DNA from: Patescibacteria group bacterium
GTDB taxonomy: Bacteria > Patescibacteriota > Patescibacteriia > SG8-24
Assembly (NCBI GenBank): GCA_041667185.1
Contig: JBAYFM010000006.1
Coordinates: forward strand, 6,591 to 70,590
DNA: 64,000 nt
Reading direction: 5' to 3'
The notes beneath the pieces are model-generated. The model saw nothing but the letters and a program-made list of their open reading frames with translations. It had not been told where the DNA came from and did no database searches. How positions within the stretch are numbered: the first letter of the stretch is position 1; each line of letters opens with the position of its first letter. The position numbers and the translations under genes were made by a program. Of this stretch, positions 51,333-60,495 are shown in pieces.

Positions 51333-51353
51333 CGGCGAAGGTCAGACCCGCTG

Positions 51354-51399
51354 AAAAAATAGAAATGCGCCGGTCGTTGGCCGGCGCATTTTTCTATTT
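51354..51399. terminator. Bidirectional terminator between convergent genes
   Basis: AAATGCGCCGG...CCGGCGCATTT with A/T flanks. Confidence 0.75.
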
Positions 51400-51407
51400 G
51401 GATATGA

Positions 51408-51845
51408 TCAGGCCGCGGACAAAGCGGCGTGGTGCAGCGTCAACGGGCGGAAGATCGGCTGTGGCTGGGACTCGGGCAGGGCGAGGCGCTGAATGGCCAG
51501 CCAGAGGTTGTCGATCACATATTCCTTGAACATCCGGCGGCGATGGCGTTTCGCCTGTTCGGATTTTTTCTCTTCATGGGGATGCCGGACATGTTCGATG
51601 GCCTCTCCCGCAAGCGGTCCGCGGTGGGGGAGCGTGCGCATCAGGGATGTCCGATAGGCGTCGATCTGATTGTGCCAGGCTCGCGAAAATATCTCCCGCA
51701 GATCCCGTATCGTTTCGGCCGGGGTAATTTCTTGTTCACCCGTTTCGTGGAATCCTTCAAAGACTTTAGCGGCCGGCTCACGACAGATGACGAGGATTTG
51801 CGTGAGGTAAAGCAGGGCGAGCGCGATTTTTTTTATTTTACGCAT
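51408..51845 (-). CDS. Hypothetical protein (SD-led cassette gene)
   Basis: GGAGG before MRKIKKIALALL; TTGACA-18-TACACT at 51866..51895. Confidence 0.55.
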   Translation of the reverse strand: MRKIKKIALALLYLTQILVICREPAAKVFEGFHETGEQEITPAETIRDLREIFSRAWHNQIDAYRTSLMRTLPHRGPLAGEAIEHVRHPHEEKKSEQAKRHRRRMFKEYVIDNLWLAIQRLALPESQPQPIFRPLTLHHAALSAA

Positions 51846-51964
51846 GTTTGGGTCCTCCCAACTCAAGTGTATGAAGACTGGGTCATGCTTGTCAAGTTTT
51901 TATCAACAGTTAGCGCTTTTTTGGGTATATTGGCCGCGGCAAAAATGTGTTATAATGATATTCT

Positions 51965-52702
51965 ATGACACCCAGGGCTTTGGAGATCGCGTCCGTGACC
52001 AAGAAATTCGGCGGCCGCGCCGCGATCAGCGGTCTGACGCTTCAGATCGACCCGGGCGAGATCTACGGACTCATCGGACCGAACGGATCCGGCAAGACGA
52101 CGACCATCAAGATGATCGCCGGTCTTTATCGTCCGACCAAAGGTTCGATCAGCATCGGTGGCATCGACGTCGCCAAGACTCCGACGCGCGCCAAACGCCG
52201 GATCGGTTACGTTCCCGATGATCCGGCGGGTTACGATCGGCTGACCGGACGCGAATTCCTGGAGTTCGTCGGCCAGCTTTACGGCATGGAACGCGGTGCT
52301 CGCGACCGGAAGATCGATGAGCTCCTGGAACGTTATGATTTGGGACGTCTCGCTGACGGCCTGTTCGGCCGGTATTCCCGGGGGACCAAGCAAAAGTTTT
52401 CCATTCTGGCGGCGCTGCTTCACGCGCCGTCGCTGCTGCTCGTCGACGAGCCGATGGTCGGTCTCGATCCGGCGAGCGCCGTCGCGACCGAGGAACTTTT
52501 CCGCGAGTTCGCCCGGGCTGGCGGCGCCATCCTGCTTTCGACCCACACTCTCGCTGTCGCCGAGATCCTCTGTGGCCGCTTCGGCCTGCTCCAGGAAGGG
52601 CGTCTGGCGGCGGAAGGGACGCTCGTTGATCTGCGCGCCCGGGCCGGACTCGGGTCCGGGACCCTGGAAGAGTGTTATCTGAAGCTCGCGGCCAAGTTAT
52701 GA
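51965..52702 (+). CDS. ABC transporter ATP-binding protein
   Basis: GPNGSGKTT, YSRGTKQK, LVDEP, STH. Confidence 0.92.
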   Translation: MTPRALEIASVTKKFGGRAAISGLTLQIDPGEIYGLIGPNGSGKTTTIKMIAGLYRPTKGSISIGGIDVAKTPTRAKRRIGYVPDDPAGYDRLTGREFLEFVGQLYGMERGARDRKIDELLERYDLGRLADGLFGRYSRGTKQKFSILAALLHAPSLLLVDEPMVGLDPASAVATEELFREFARAGGAILLSTHTLAVAEILCGRFGLLQEGRLAAEGTLVDLRARAGLGSGTLEECYLKLAAKL

Positions 52703-54378
52703 TCTTCGAGCTCGCTGCTTTGCGCGCCGTCCGCCGGCGCGAGATCCGGAACAGTTTCCGGGAGTTGACCTGGGCTGATGCCGCGGTGGCGTTTCTCTTC
52801 CTGGTCCTGTGTATTTTCGCGGCTCTGGCCGCATATTTTATTTTCCGGCGCGCTTTTTCGTTCCTGCTCAGCGAGTTGCCGGCCGGACCGCTCCTCGTCC
52901 GTTACGTGTTGGAGACGGCTTTCGCTTTCATTTTCCTGTTCGGCGCCGTCAGTTTCGTGGCGGCGTCCTTTCCGCTGATTTTCCGCTACGGCGAAGTGCG
53001 GCTGCTCCTCAGTCTGCCGGTCGAGCCGGTGGCGGTCTACATTCATCGTTTTTTAGCGGCCGCGGCGCTTTCTTCCTGGCCCATCGTGATCATCGGCCTG
53101 CCGGCGCTTTTCGCCCTGGGCGCGGCGCTTCAGGCTTCGGCCGCTTATTACGGTTTTTGCCTGATCGTGGCGCTGTTATTCCTGCTGGCGATCTCTCTGG
53201 CCGGAGGCTTGCTGTCTTTCGCTGTCGGTTGGCTGGCTCGGCCGCTGTCCTCGGGCTGGATCAAGGCTTTGGAAACTTTCGGCGCTCTCTATCTTCTGGG
53301 TCTTCTCATCCGTTATGTCGCTTCCCGGCAGGTCGTCGGCCTGTTCGGGGCTGTGACCGCGCCGGAGATCGCCGCTTCCGGATCCCGGCTGGCGGAAATG
53401 TTCGCCTGGTTCCCCAGTCATCCTTTCGCCGAGCTCGTCATCGGCGCTTTGCCCGGGGCTGCCGGAAATCCGGCCAGGACGGCGTTGGCGATCGCACTGG
53501 CTCTCGCGGCCGCAGCCGTGATTCTGCTGGCGCTCGCCCGGTCGTTCTTTTTGCCGATCTGGCGCTTCACTGAAGAGGGCGGATTCCTGGCCCGGCCGGA
53601 GGACGCTTCGGGGCGGCGGCCGGCCATGTCTTTTCCCAGGCTTTTCCGTTGGCGCTACGGCTACCTGTTCGAAAAAGAGTATCTGCAATTCCGGCGCGAT
53701 TCCGGAGAAGTGTTCAGCGCTGTCTTTCTGGCCGCGCTACTGTTCTTTTTCCTCCTGGCCATCCGCGCGGTCGCTGGTATGGATATCATCGATCAGGCCG
53801 CGATCCTCACCGAGCAGATGTTGTTCCGGGTGTTCGTGTCGATCGGTTATTTTTCCCTGATCCTGGGAATGCGGTTCGCTTTCCCGTCCCTGTCGCTCGA
53901 AGGCCGCGGCGCCTGGGCTCTCTGGTCGAGCCCGGTCCATATCCACGAGTTCTTCTCTTGGAAATTATTTTTTTGGACGGCGGCCAGCGCGATCCCGTTG
54001 CTCGCGGCGGCCGCGGTCACGACCCTGACTTTCGGACTCGGCTGGGTGCTGGGAACGTTCCTGGTCTTCGCTGTTCTCTGTCTGAACGCGGCGATCACGG
54101 CGCTGACCCTCGGCCAGGGCTGCGCCTTTCCGGATTTCCGGAAACGCGACGCGGAGTCTTTATCGACCTCGCCGGCCGGGATCGCGGCCGTGGTCCTGGG
54201 GCTTCTTTATATATATGTAGCCGCCGGCTATGTCCGGGGATTCACGGCTGCTTACCTGAAGAACGGAATGATCGACGCAGTGTCGATCCTCGGGCTCGCC
54301 GTCATCTCGATCCTGGTCGTGGCCGTCTATGGAGTGCTCGCTCCGCGGCGCATGAAGCGGTTGGAGATCGACGTCTGA
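52699..54378 (+). CDS. Putative ABC exporter permease
   Basis: About 12 or more TM helices; ATGA overlap with the ATPase; FPSLSLEG. Confidence 0.82.
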   Translation: MIFELAALRAVRRREIRNSFRELTWADAAVAFLFLVLCIFAALAAYFIFRRAFSFLLSELPAGPLLVRYVLETAFAFIFLFGAVSFVAASFPLIFRYGEVRLLLSLPVEPVAVYIHRFLAAAALSSWPIVIIGLPALFALGAALQASAAYYGFCLIVALLFLLAISLAGGLLSFAVGWLARPLSSGWIKALETFGALYLLGLLIRYVASRQVVGLFGAVTAPEIAASGSRLAEMFAWFPSHPFAELVIGALPGAAGNPARTALAIALALAAAAVILLALARSFFLPIWRFTEEGGFLARPEDASGRRPAMSFPRLFRWRYGYLFEKEYLQFRRDSGEVFSAVFLAALLFFFLLAIRAVAGMDIIDQAAILTEQMLFRVFVSIGYFSLILGMRFAFPSLSLEGRGAWALWSSPVHIHEFFSWKLFFWTAASAIPLLAAAAVTTLTFGLGWVLGTFLVFAVLCLNAAITALTLGQGCAFPDFRKRDAESLSTSPAGIAAVVLGLLYIYVAAGYVRGFTAAYLKNGMIDAVSILGLAVISILVVAVYGVLAPRRMKRLEIDV

Positions 54379-54494
54379 CGGATCTCACGGCTTGTGGCGG
54401 CTGCGCAGTTATTGTTATGTGAGCCGCGGCAGACCAGTCCTCGTCGTTTCTTGAGTTGTAAAAAAGCTGGAAATTTAGTATCATTAAGGCAGAT

Positions 54495-55532
54495 ATGAGC
54501 ACCCAAAGATTCCAGAGCTACTTCTTTATAGCCGTTCTTGTTTTGAGCGGCCTTCTGACCTTACTGGTCTTCAGATCGTATTTGCCGTTGCTGGCTTTTG
54601 GCGGGGCTTTGGCCGTGGTTGCGCGGCCGCTTTACGCATATCTGCTCAAGCTCATCCGTTCGGAGATTGCCGCAGCTTTCCTGACCGTGATCGTGGTCGC
54701 CCTGACCGTCGTCCTGCCGCTGATCTATTTCTTGGCTGCTCTGTCCGGCGAGCTCATTTCTCTGTTCGGTCACGCGCGGGGGTTCTTTTCGGCTGACGCG
54801 GTCGTAGCTTATCTTGAACGCATCCTGCCGTCCGGACTCCACATTCAGATCCCCGAGATCATCAACCAGTCCCTGAGCGTGCTCAGGGCTGTGGTTGAAG
54901 GATTATCTTCCAATCTTTTCGAGTTCTTCTCCAACATCCTGGGCATGTTCTTGGCTTTCGTCATCATCCTGATCTTCGTCTATTACTTGCTCAAGGATGG
55001 CGCCCGGATCAAGGCAGAGTTTTTGGCGCTGTCGCCGCTCGGCGATGATTACGATGAAATGGTCCTGAGCCGCGTCATTATCGCTGTTCGCGCCGTCGTG
55101 AACGGCGTGCTGGTGATCGGGCTCATCAAAGGCGTCTTAGCCGGAGTTTTCTTCTGGATTTTTGGCGTGCCGGCGCCGTTCTTCTGGGGTACGATGACCG
55201 GGGCCGCATCTTTTCTGCCGATCTTCGGCTCGTCGCTCGTCACCGTGCCGACGATCGTCTATCTGGTCATTTCCGGCCATTATGGCGCGGCCATCGGCCT
55301 GACCCTGGTCTCGCTCCTCCTCATCGGCACGGTCGATAATTTCCTTCAGCCCAAACTGGTCGAAAGCAAGACTAATATCCATCCGCTGCTGATCCTATTG
55401 TCCATTCTCGGCGGCCTGCAGTTCTTCGGTTTTGCCGGTTTCATTTTGGGCCCGCTGACGCTCGCGACCACCATGGCCCTGCTCGATATTTACAAGAAAG
55501 ATTTCCGCGGTCATCTTACGGACCTGACGTAA
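54495..55532 (+). CDS. AI-2E family transporter
   Basis: YYLLKDG, VDNFLQP, HPLLILLSILGG, GFILGP. Confidence 0.9.
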   Translation: MSTQRFQSYFFIAVLVLSGLLTLLVFRSYLPLLAFGGALAVVARPLYAYLLKLIRSEIAAAFLTVIVVALTVVLPLIYFLAALSGELISLFGHARGFFSADAVVAYLERILPSGLHIQIPEIINQSLSVLRAVVEGLSSNLFEFFSNILGMFLAFVIILIFVYYLLKDGARIKAEFLALSPLGDDYDEMVLSRVIIAVRAVVNGVLVIGLIKGVLAGVFFWIFGVPAPFFWGTMTGAASFLPIFGSSLVTVPTIVYLVISGHYGAAIGLTLVSLLLIGTVDNFLQPKLVESKTNIHPLLILLSILGGLQFFGFAGFILGPLTLATTMALLDIYKKDFRGHLTDLT

Positions 55533-55587
55533 TCGGTGCGATGATAATAAAACCGCCGAGCTGGGCTCGGCGGTTTTGATTTCGGAT

Positions 55588-56073
55588 TCAGTTGAGGAAT
55601 TTTTTGATATCCGCGAAATTCTTGCCGGCCAGATTGTGATTGGCCGACCACTCCTCCTGCGAGACGTCGCGGCCGAACCAAGGCGGCGGCACGAAGGCTG
55701 TCCGCGCCGAATCGTTATTGAATTCAATCTCCACGACGGTCAGACCCTCGAGCGGACCGTGAAAAACATCGATCTCGCCCATGAGGCCTTCCGGCAGGGG
55801 AAAGAAATAGCGGGTCTTGGCCAGGCTGCGGATGGACAGGCCGCGGAGGCGCGTGAATTCCTCTTCGGTCAGCGGAATGTTGATCTCATCCTTGCGCGAG
55901 AAATCATTTTTGGCCACGTCCAGTTTCTTGGTCAGTTCGTAACGCTGGCCGATGCGGCGGATGCGCAACGGTTCGCCGCCTTCGGACAAGTAGTGCTGTT
56001 CGATCTCGCTGCGGCCGAGTTCATTGAGGTTCGGCGTCTCTTTGACCAGGAAGGAAAGCTCGCTTTCTAGCAT
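55588..56073 (-). CDS. CYTH-domain triphosphatase/adenylate cyclase-like protein
   Basis: ESELSFL, IEQHYL, LRIR, KTRY, EIDVF, VEIEF. Confidence 0.85.
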   Translation of the reverse strand: MLESELSFLVKETPNLNELGRSEIEQHYLSEGGEPLRIRRIGQRYELTKKLDVAKNDFSRKDEINIPLTEEEFTRLRGLSIRSLAKTRYFFPLPEGLMGEIDVFHGPLEGLTVVEIEFNNDSARTAFVPPPWFGRDVSQEEWSANHNLAGKNFADIKKFLN

Positions 56074-56083
56074 AGGGGGCGGA

Positions 56084-56794
56084 TTATTCGCCGGCGGCCG
56101 GCTGCGTCGCGGCGGTTTTATTTTCGGAGTCATCATTGGCGGCGGCGTTCACGACGGGCACATCGGCGGCCGAAGGTTTCTTGGCCAGCGAACCGAGCCG
56201 TTTCCAGAAATTACCAGCGAGGTTGCGGAGCGAGATCCAGGCCTGGGCCAGGAAGGGGCGGGATTTTTCCCAGGCCAGCCCCCAAAAACTGCCGACGGCG
56301 GAGCCTAGCTCTTCGGCCTGCTGGGTCTGAGCGGTGGTGGCGACTTGGTTGACGGCGGTGACGGCAGCAGTGGTCGCTGCAGCGGTTGCGGCAGTGGTAA
56401 CGGTGGCGTTAGTGCTGGCGGCAGCAGCGTCGTTGGCGGAGCCGGTCAATCCCGCCGGCTTTGCCGCCGAGTCCTCGGTTTCAACGGCCACAGCCAACGT
56501 TGGATCGGCTGGCGCTGCGTTCGTCGGCGTCGATGCGGGTGATCCATTTGCCTGGACAGCCGCCGGTGGTTTCGTTTTCGCGATCGCGAGTTTCCGTCCA
56601 GCCGACTGCATCGCCGAGACCGCCCGATCTTTGATCTGCACGATGGTCGGCAGCTGCTCCTCTCCGAGCGGCGCGGCGTAGGTCTCATTATTGAAAGGGG
56701 AGATGCGCGCTAGGATGATCGGCACCGCGATGAACGCGGCCAGGATCGCCGTGATGATCAGCTTCTTTTTTTGGTCCGGGTTGGGAGTCGGCAT
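56084..56794 (-). CDS. Hypothetical membrane-anchored Ala/Thr-rich protein
   Basis: N-terminal TM and low-complexity linker. Confidence 0.7.
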   Translation of the reverse strand: MPTPNPDQKKKLIITAILAAFIAVPIILARISPFNNETYAAPLGEEQLPTIVQIKDRAVSAMQSAGRKLAIAKTKPPAAVQANGSPASTPTNAAPADPTLAVAVETEDSAAKPAGLTGSANDAAAASTNATVTTAATAAATTAAVTAVNQVATTAQTQQAEELGSAVGSFWGLAWEKSRPFLAQAWISLRNLAGNFWKRLGSLAKKPSAADVPVVNAAANDDSENKTAATQPAAGE

Positions 56795-56838
56795 GGCGGT
56801 GGGATTAATCTCGTTTAGGTCGGCCGGGCAATCGCGCA

Positions 56839-58647
56839 TCATTCGACCGGCGGCGGATGTTGGCCATATTTAGCTTTGAGTCCGGCGATCTTCTGTTCGG
56901 CGGCCAGCGTCAGTTTTCCGGTCCCGAGCGGATCATATCCCCGCAAGACATCGCTGTCGTTGAAGCCGTCACTGTCGGTGTCGGCGTTCTTCGGGTCAGT
57001 GCCGTAGATTCGGATCTCATCGCCGTCGGAGAGGTTATCGCCGTCCATGTCGGGGTTTTTGCGATCAAGGTAATTGTCGATTTCGTACAGGTCGGCCAGG
57101 CCGTCGCTGTCCTGATCCGGTAGTTTGCCGCTCTTGGAAAGTGGGTCAAAGCCCGACCAGATTTCGTCCCAGTCATTGAAGCCGTCGTCGTCAGTGTCGC
57201 GTTTCAGTGGATCGGTCCGATAGACGCCGACCTCCTTGCCGTCAGCGAGGCCGTCGTCGTCAGTGTCGCGTTTCAGTGGATCGGTGCCGAGCCTTTTTTC
57301 TTCTTGGTCGCTGAGACCGTCGCTGTCAACGTCGCTGATCTCGGACGTGGCGGGCTGCTCGGTGTCGGCGGCCGGGGCGGTCGCGGTGGGTTCGCTCCGG
57401 ACCTGAAGCGGAATATCGAAGCCGCGCGCGCTCAGGATGTGCCCGCCGGGGGCGAGAGCCAGCAGTCCTTTTTCCAGAGTGAAGCTGATGCGATAGCCGC
57501 CCGGAATGAGTTCGTAGGCGTAAGGCTGGGCGGACGACGGGTCGAGCGGAAGTTTTTCGATCTGCGGTCCGACGAGGTCTTCGAGCCGCGCCGGATAATT
57601 CTTGTTCGAACTCTGGTAGGAATTCAGGCCGATGCGCAGCACGTTCATCGCGCGGTAGCGTTCCCAGTCGCGTTCCTCGGCCGGGTCGACTATTTTTTCA
57701 GGTTTCGCCAGTTCCGCGACGGCCGCTGTTTTTGACGTCGTCACTCGCGGCAGTCTGTCCAGGAGCGTCGGCGCGGCCAAACCGATGACGAGCAGCAGTG
57801 CGCCGCCGGCGGCCAGCCAGCCGTAGAGACGGCTGATCGCGTCATCCGTCCGCTGGTCGTCATTTTCAACCGCGTCTTCGTAATAGATCTGGAGATAGGT
57901 CAGTAGCGCAGCGAGGCCGATCAGGCCGACCAGGATCTGTCCGGCAACGACGAGCGCATCCCAGGAAAGGTCGGCGCCCAGGATCCGGAAAGCGCTGTCG
58001 GAAGCCTGCGCCCCGGGGATCATTCCGGCCGCCAGTTCGATGAGGGTGGCGAGGGCCGCGGTCCAGATCGAGAGGATGAAAAGCTGCAGCCCCAGGGCCA
58101 GGGTCCGGCCGCGAACCAGACCGTAACTTCGGGACAGCAGTTTCGTTCCGGACAGATCTTCGGCAAGCAGCGTTGGCAACAGCAAAGCTGATCGGAACAT
58201 GACGAGAAGACCGGGCAGGACCAGGGCGAGAGCGGCGGCGCCGGACGCCAGCAGTGCCAGGGCGGCGGCGCTGACCAGCCCGATGACGCGGCTGAAGCCG
58301 ATTGCCAGCGCTTGGCCGAGTCTTGTCTTGAAGGCGGCGACGGCGCTGATTCCGGCCAGAAGCCCCAGGAAGAGGATGACGCCGATCAGTAATTCCAAGA
58401 CCACCAGGCTGGTGGTCCAATTGTCGCTGGGCCAGTGTTGCTGCCAAGTGCTGAGCGCGGCCAGTGCGGTCGCCAAAATGACGAACCATTGTAGTGAGAT
58501 CAGCGCGGCGAAGAGGCCGGCTTTGCGCATCAGGCGGTTGAAAACCCTCAACAACCGGCCTTTGAAACCCGGAAAGTTCGGTTGGCGGCTCGGTGGCGCG
58601 ACTTTTTTGGTCGCAGCGCCCGATAAGGTCAGCGGTTCGAAAGCCAT
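56839..58647 (-). CDS. Multi-TM protein with GspG-like domain and Ca-binding TSP3-like (DxDxDG) repeats
   Basis: TM region; ERDWERYRAM...YPARLEDL...DP; repeated TDPLKRDTDDDG. Confidence 0.78.
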   Translation of the reverse strand: MAFEPLTLSGAATKKVAPPSRQPNFPGFKGRLLRVFNRLMRKAGLFAALISLQWFVILATALAALSTWQQHWPSDNWTTSLVVLELLIGVILFLGLLAGISAVAAFKTRLGQALAIGFSRVIGLVSAAALALLASGAAALALVLPGLLVMFRSALLLPTLLAEDLSGTKLLSRSYGLVRGRTLALGLQLFILSIWTAALATLIELAAGMIPGAQASDSAFRILGADLSWDALVVAGQILVGLIGLAALLTYLQIYYEDAVENDDQRTDDAISRLYGWLAAGGALLLVIGLAAPTLLDRLPRVTTSKTAAVAELAKPEKIVDPAEERDWERYRAMNVLRIGLNSYQSSNKNYPARLEDLVGPQIEKLPLDPSSAQPYAYELIPGGYRISFTLEKGLLALAPGGHILSARGFDIPLQVRSEPTATAPAADTEQPATSEISDVDSDGLSDQEEKRLGTDPLKRDTDDDGLADGKEVGVYRTDPLKRDTDDDGFNDWDEIWSGFDPLSKSGKLPDQDSDGLADLYEIDNYLDRKNPDMDGDNLSDGDEIRIYGTDPKNADTDSDGFNDSDVLRGYDPLGTGKLTLAAEQKIAGLKAKYGQHPPPVE

Positions 58648-58780
58648 ACTTAAATAAGTATAGCATAAACGTTCTTTTCAGCCGGTGCGGGCGGCGGCGC
58701 GGTCCAGTTGACAAGCTTGGTCCGTTATTACAAGCTGGACCCAAAGTTCTTTCACTAAGATCAAGGACAGGAGGTCGTTG

Positions 58781-59380
58781 ATGAAGACCGGCAAGCCAGT
58801 GTTGCGGATCATTTTGATCGTCGTTTCTGTTTTGGCCGCGATAGTGATCCTGTCGGCGCTCGCCAGACTAGCGCTCAGGATGAACGGCGAGGCCGACCCG
58901 AACGTCGGTCAGATCCGGATCCTTGGTTCCGTCGTCACGATCGAGCATGTGCTCACGGTCAGGCTGCCGGAGCCGGCTGAACAATGGGAGGCGGTGACGG
59001 GCGCGCGGCTCGACGACTATTCTCCGCGTCCCGTGTTAGCGCTTTTTCACCAAGAGCCGGCGGCCCGGGTGCTTCTGCAGCTGTGGCCGGCCGAGGGGGT
59101 GACGCCGGAAAACATCTCTACAGAGCTGGCGAAACAGCTCACGGATCAGGGGTTCGAGGTCGCCGCTTTTTGCGGTATCGGGCCATCCGGCCGGCGCTGC
59201 TCTTTGGTCTTCGAGTCCATCAGCCAGGAATCCGCGCCACGCGGCAAGATCTGGATCGAGTACTTGCCGGGTGATCCGCAGATGTTGCTGATCATAATCA
59301 GTACTTACGCACCGACTGATTATGAACAGTTCGAACCACAGATCGATTATTTGGCCGATCATGTCCGGTCGGACGATTGA
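58781..59380 (+). CDS. Hypothetical membrane-anchored protein (SD-led cassette gene), possibly a distant relative of the 34.5-37.3 kb lipoproteins
   Basis: AGGAGGT SD; TTGACA-17-CAAGCT at 58708..58736; GTTCTTTCACTAA at 58746 identical to 34476. Confidence 0.7.
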   Translation: MKTGKPVLRIILIVVSVLAAIVILSALARLALRMNGEADPNVGQIRILGSVVTIEHVLTVRLPEPAEQWEAVTGARLDDYSPRPVLALFHQEPAARVLLQLWPAEGVTPENISTELAKQLTDQGFEVAAFCGIGPSGRRCSLVFESISQESAPRGKIWIEYLPGDPQMLLIIISTYAPTDYEQFEPQIDYLADHVRSDD

Positions 59381-59448
59381 AACGAAAACCCCCGCCGCTT
59401 GGCAGGGGTTTTATTGTCCGTAAACCCCGGGCCTTGGCCCGGGGAGCG

Positions 59449-60405
59449 TCATTGTCGGGCCAGTTCCGCGAGCAGGACGCCGAGATCATCCAGGTCCGAG
59501 ACGCGAACGGCCTTTTCCCGCCAGGACTTCGCGTCCGGCAGGCCTTTGAAATACCAGATCAGGTGTTTGCGGAAGGTCAGCAGCGGTTCCGGACCGGGCT
59601 GGAGTTCGGCGTGCAGCCGAGCGTGTTCCATGATGACGGCGGCGCGCTCGGCGAGTGTCGGCGGCCGGTACGCGGTCCCGTTCAGAGTCGCGGCGATCTC
59701 GGCGAAGACCCAGGGATTGCCGAGCGCCCCGCGTCCGATCATCACGCCGTCGCCAGCAGTCGCGGCGAGCGCTTTGCGCGCGTCAGCTCCAGACGCAATG
59801 TCGCCGTTCACGAGGACCGGGATCTTCACGAGCGCCCGGGCGCGGCCGATCGCCTGCCAGTCGGCCTGGCCAGTGTAGCCCTGCTCTTTGGTCCGGCCGT
59901 GGATCGTCACGAGGTCGGCGCCCGAAGCCTCGACGGTCTTCACGAACGTCAGGATCTCGTCGGGTCTCGACCAGCCCAGGCGCGTCTTCACGGATACAGG
60001 TTTGGAGGTCGCTTCTTTGGCCGCGAGGATGATCCGGCATGCCAGTTCCGGATCTTTCATCAGCGCGGAACCGTTGAAATTGCAGACGATCTTATAGACC
60101 GGGCAGCCCATGTTCAGGTCGAAGGCGTCCGGAGAATATTTCTCATCGATGATCCGGATCGCTTCGGCCACGACGCCGGGATCGGAGCCGAACACCTGTT
60201 GGACGATGGGCCGCTCTTCCGGTTTAAAGTCGGCCATGTGCAAGGTTTTCCGATTGTCGCGGACCACGGCTTCGGCGCTGATCATTTCATGGAAGACGAC
60301 CTGGGCGCCCTGGCGCTTCGCGATACGGCAATAAGCCGAATCGGTCATGTCGGCCATCGGGGCGAGCGCGATGATGGGGCGGGGGAGCGAGGTCCAAAAC
60401 TTCAT
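59449..60405 (-). CDS. dusB: tRNA dihydrouridine synthase (DusB/NifR3 family)
   Basis: ALAPMA, DLNMGCP, TIHGRT, VNGDI, VMIGRGALGNPW. Confidence 0.9.
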   Translation of the reverse strand: MKFWTSLPRPIIALAPMADMTDSAYCRIAKRQGAQVVFHEMISAEAVVRDNRKTLHMADFKPEERPIVQQVFGSDPGVVAEAIRIIDEKYSPDAFDLNMGCPVYKIVCNFNGSALMKDPELACRIILAAKEATSKPVSVKTRLGWSRPDEILTFVKTVEASGADLVTIHGRTKEQGYTGQADWQAIGRARALVKIPVLVNGDIASGADARKALAATAGDGVMIGRGALGNPWVFAEIAATLNGTAYRPPTLAERAAVIMEHARLHAELQPGPEPLLTFRKHLIWYFKGLPDAKSWREKAVRVSDLDDLGVLLAELARQ

Positions 60406-60495
60406 AATTAAGCCACGATATCCGGTAGCGGCCCGCAGGTCAACTCCGCCGACGGTCAAGCGGGTTGTTTATCAGCCTGAATCCTGATAGGATTT

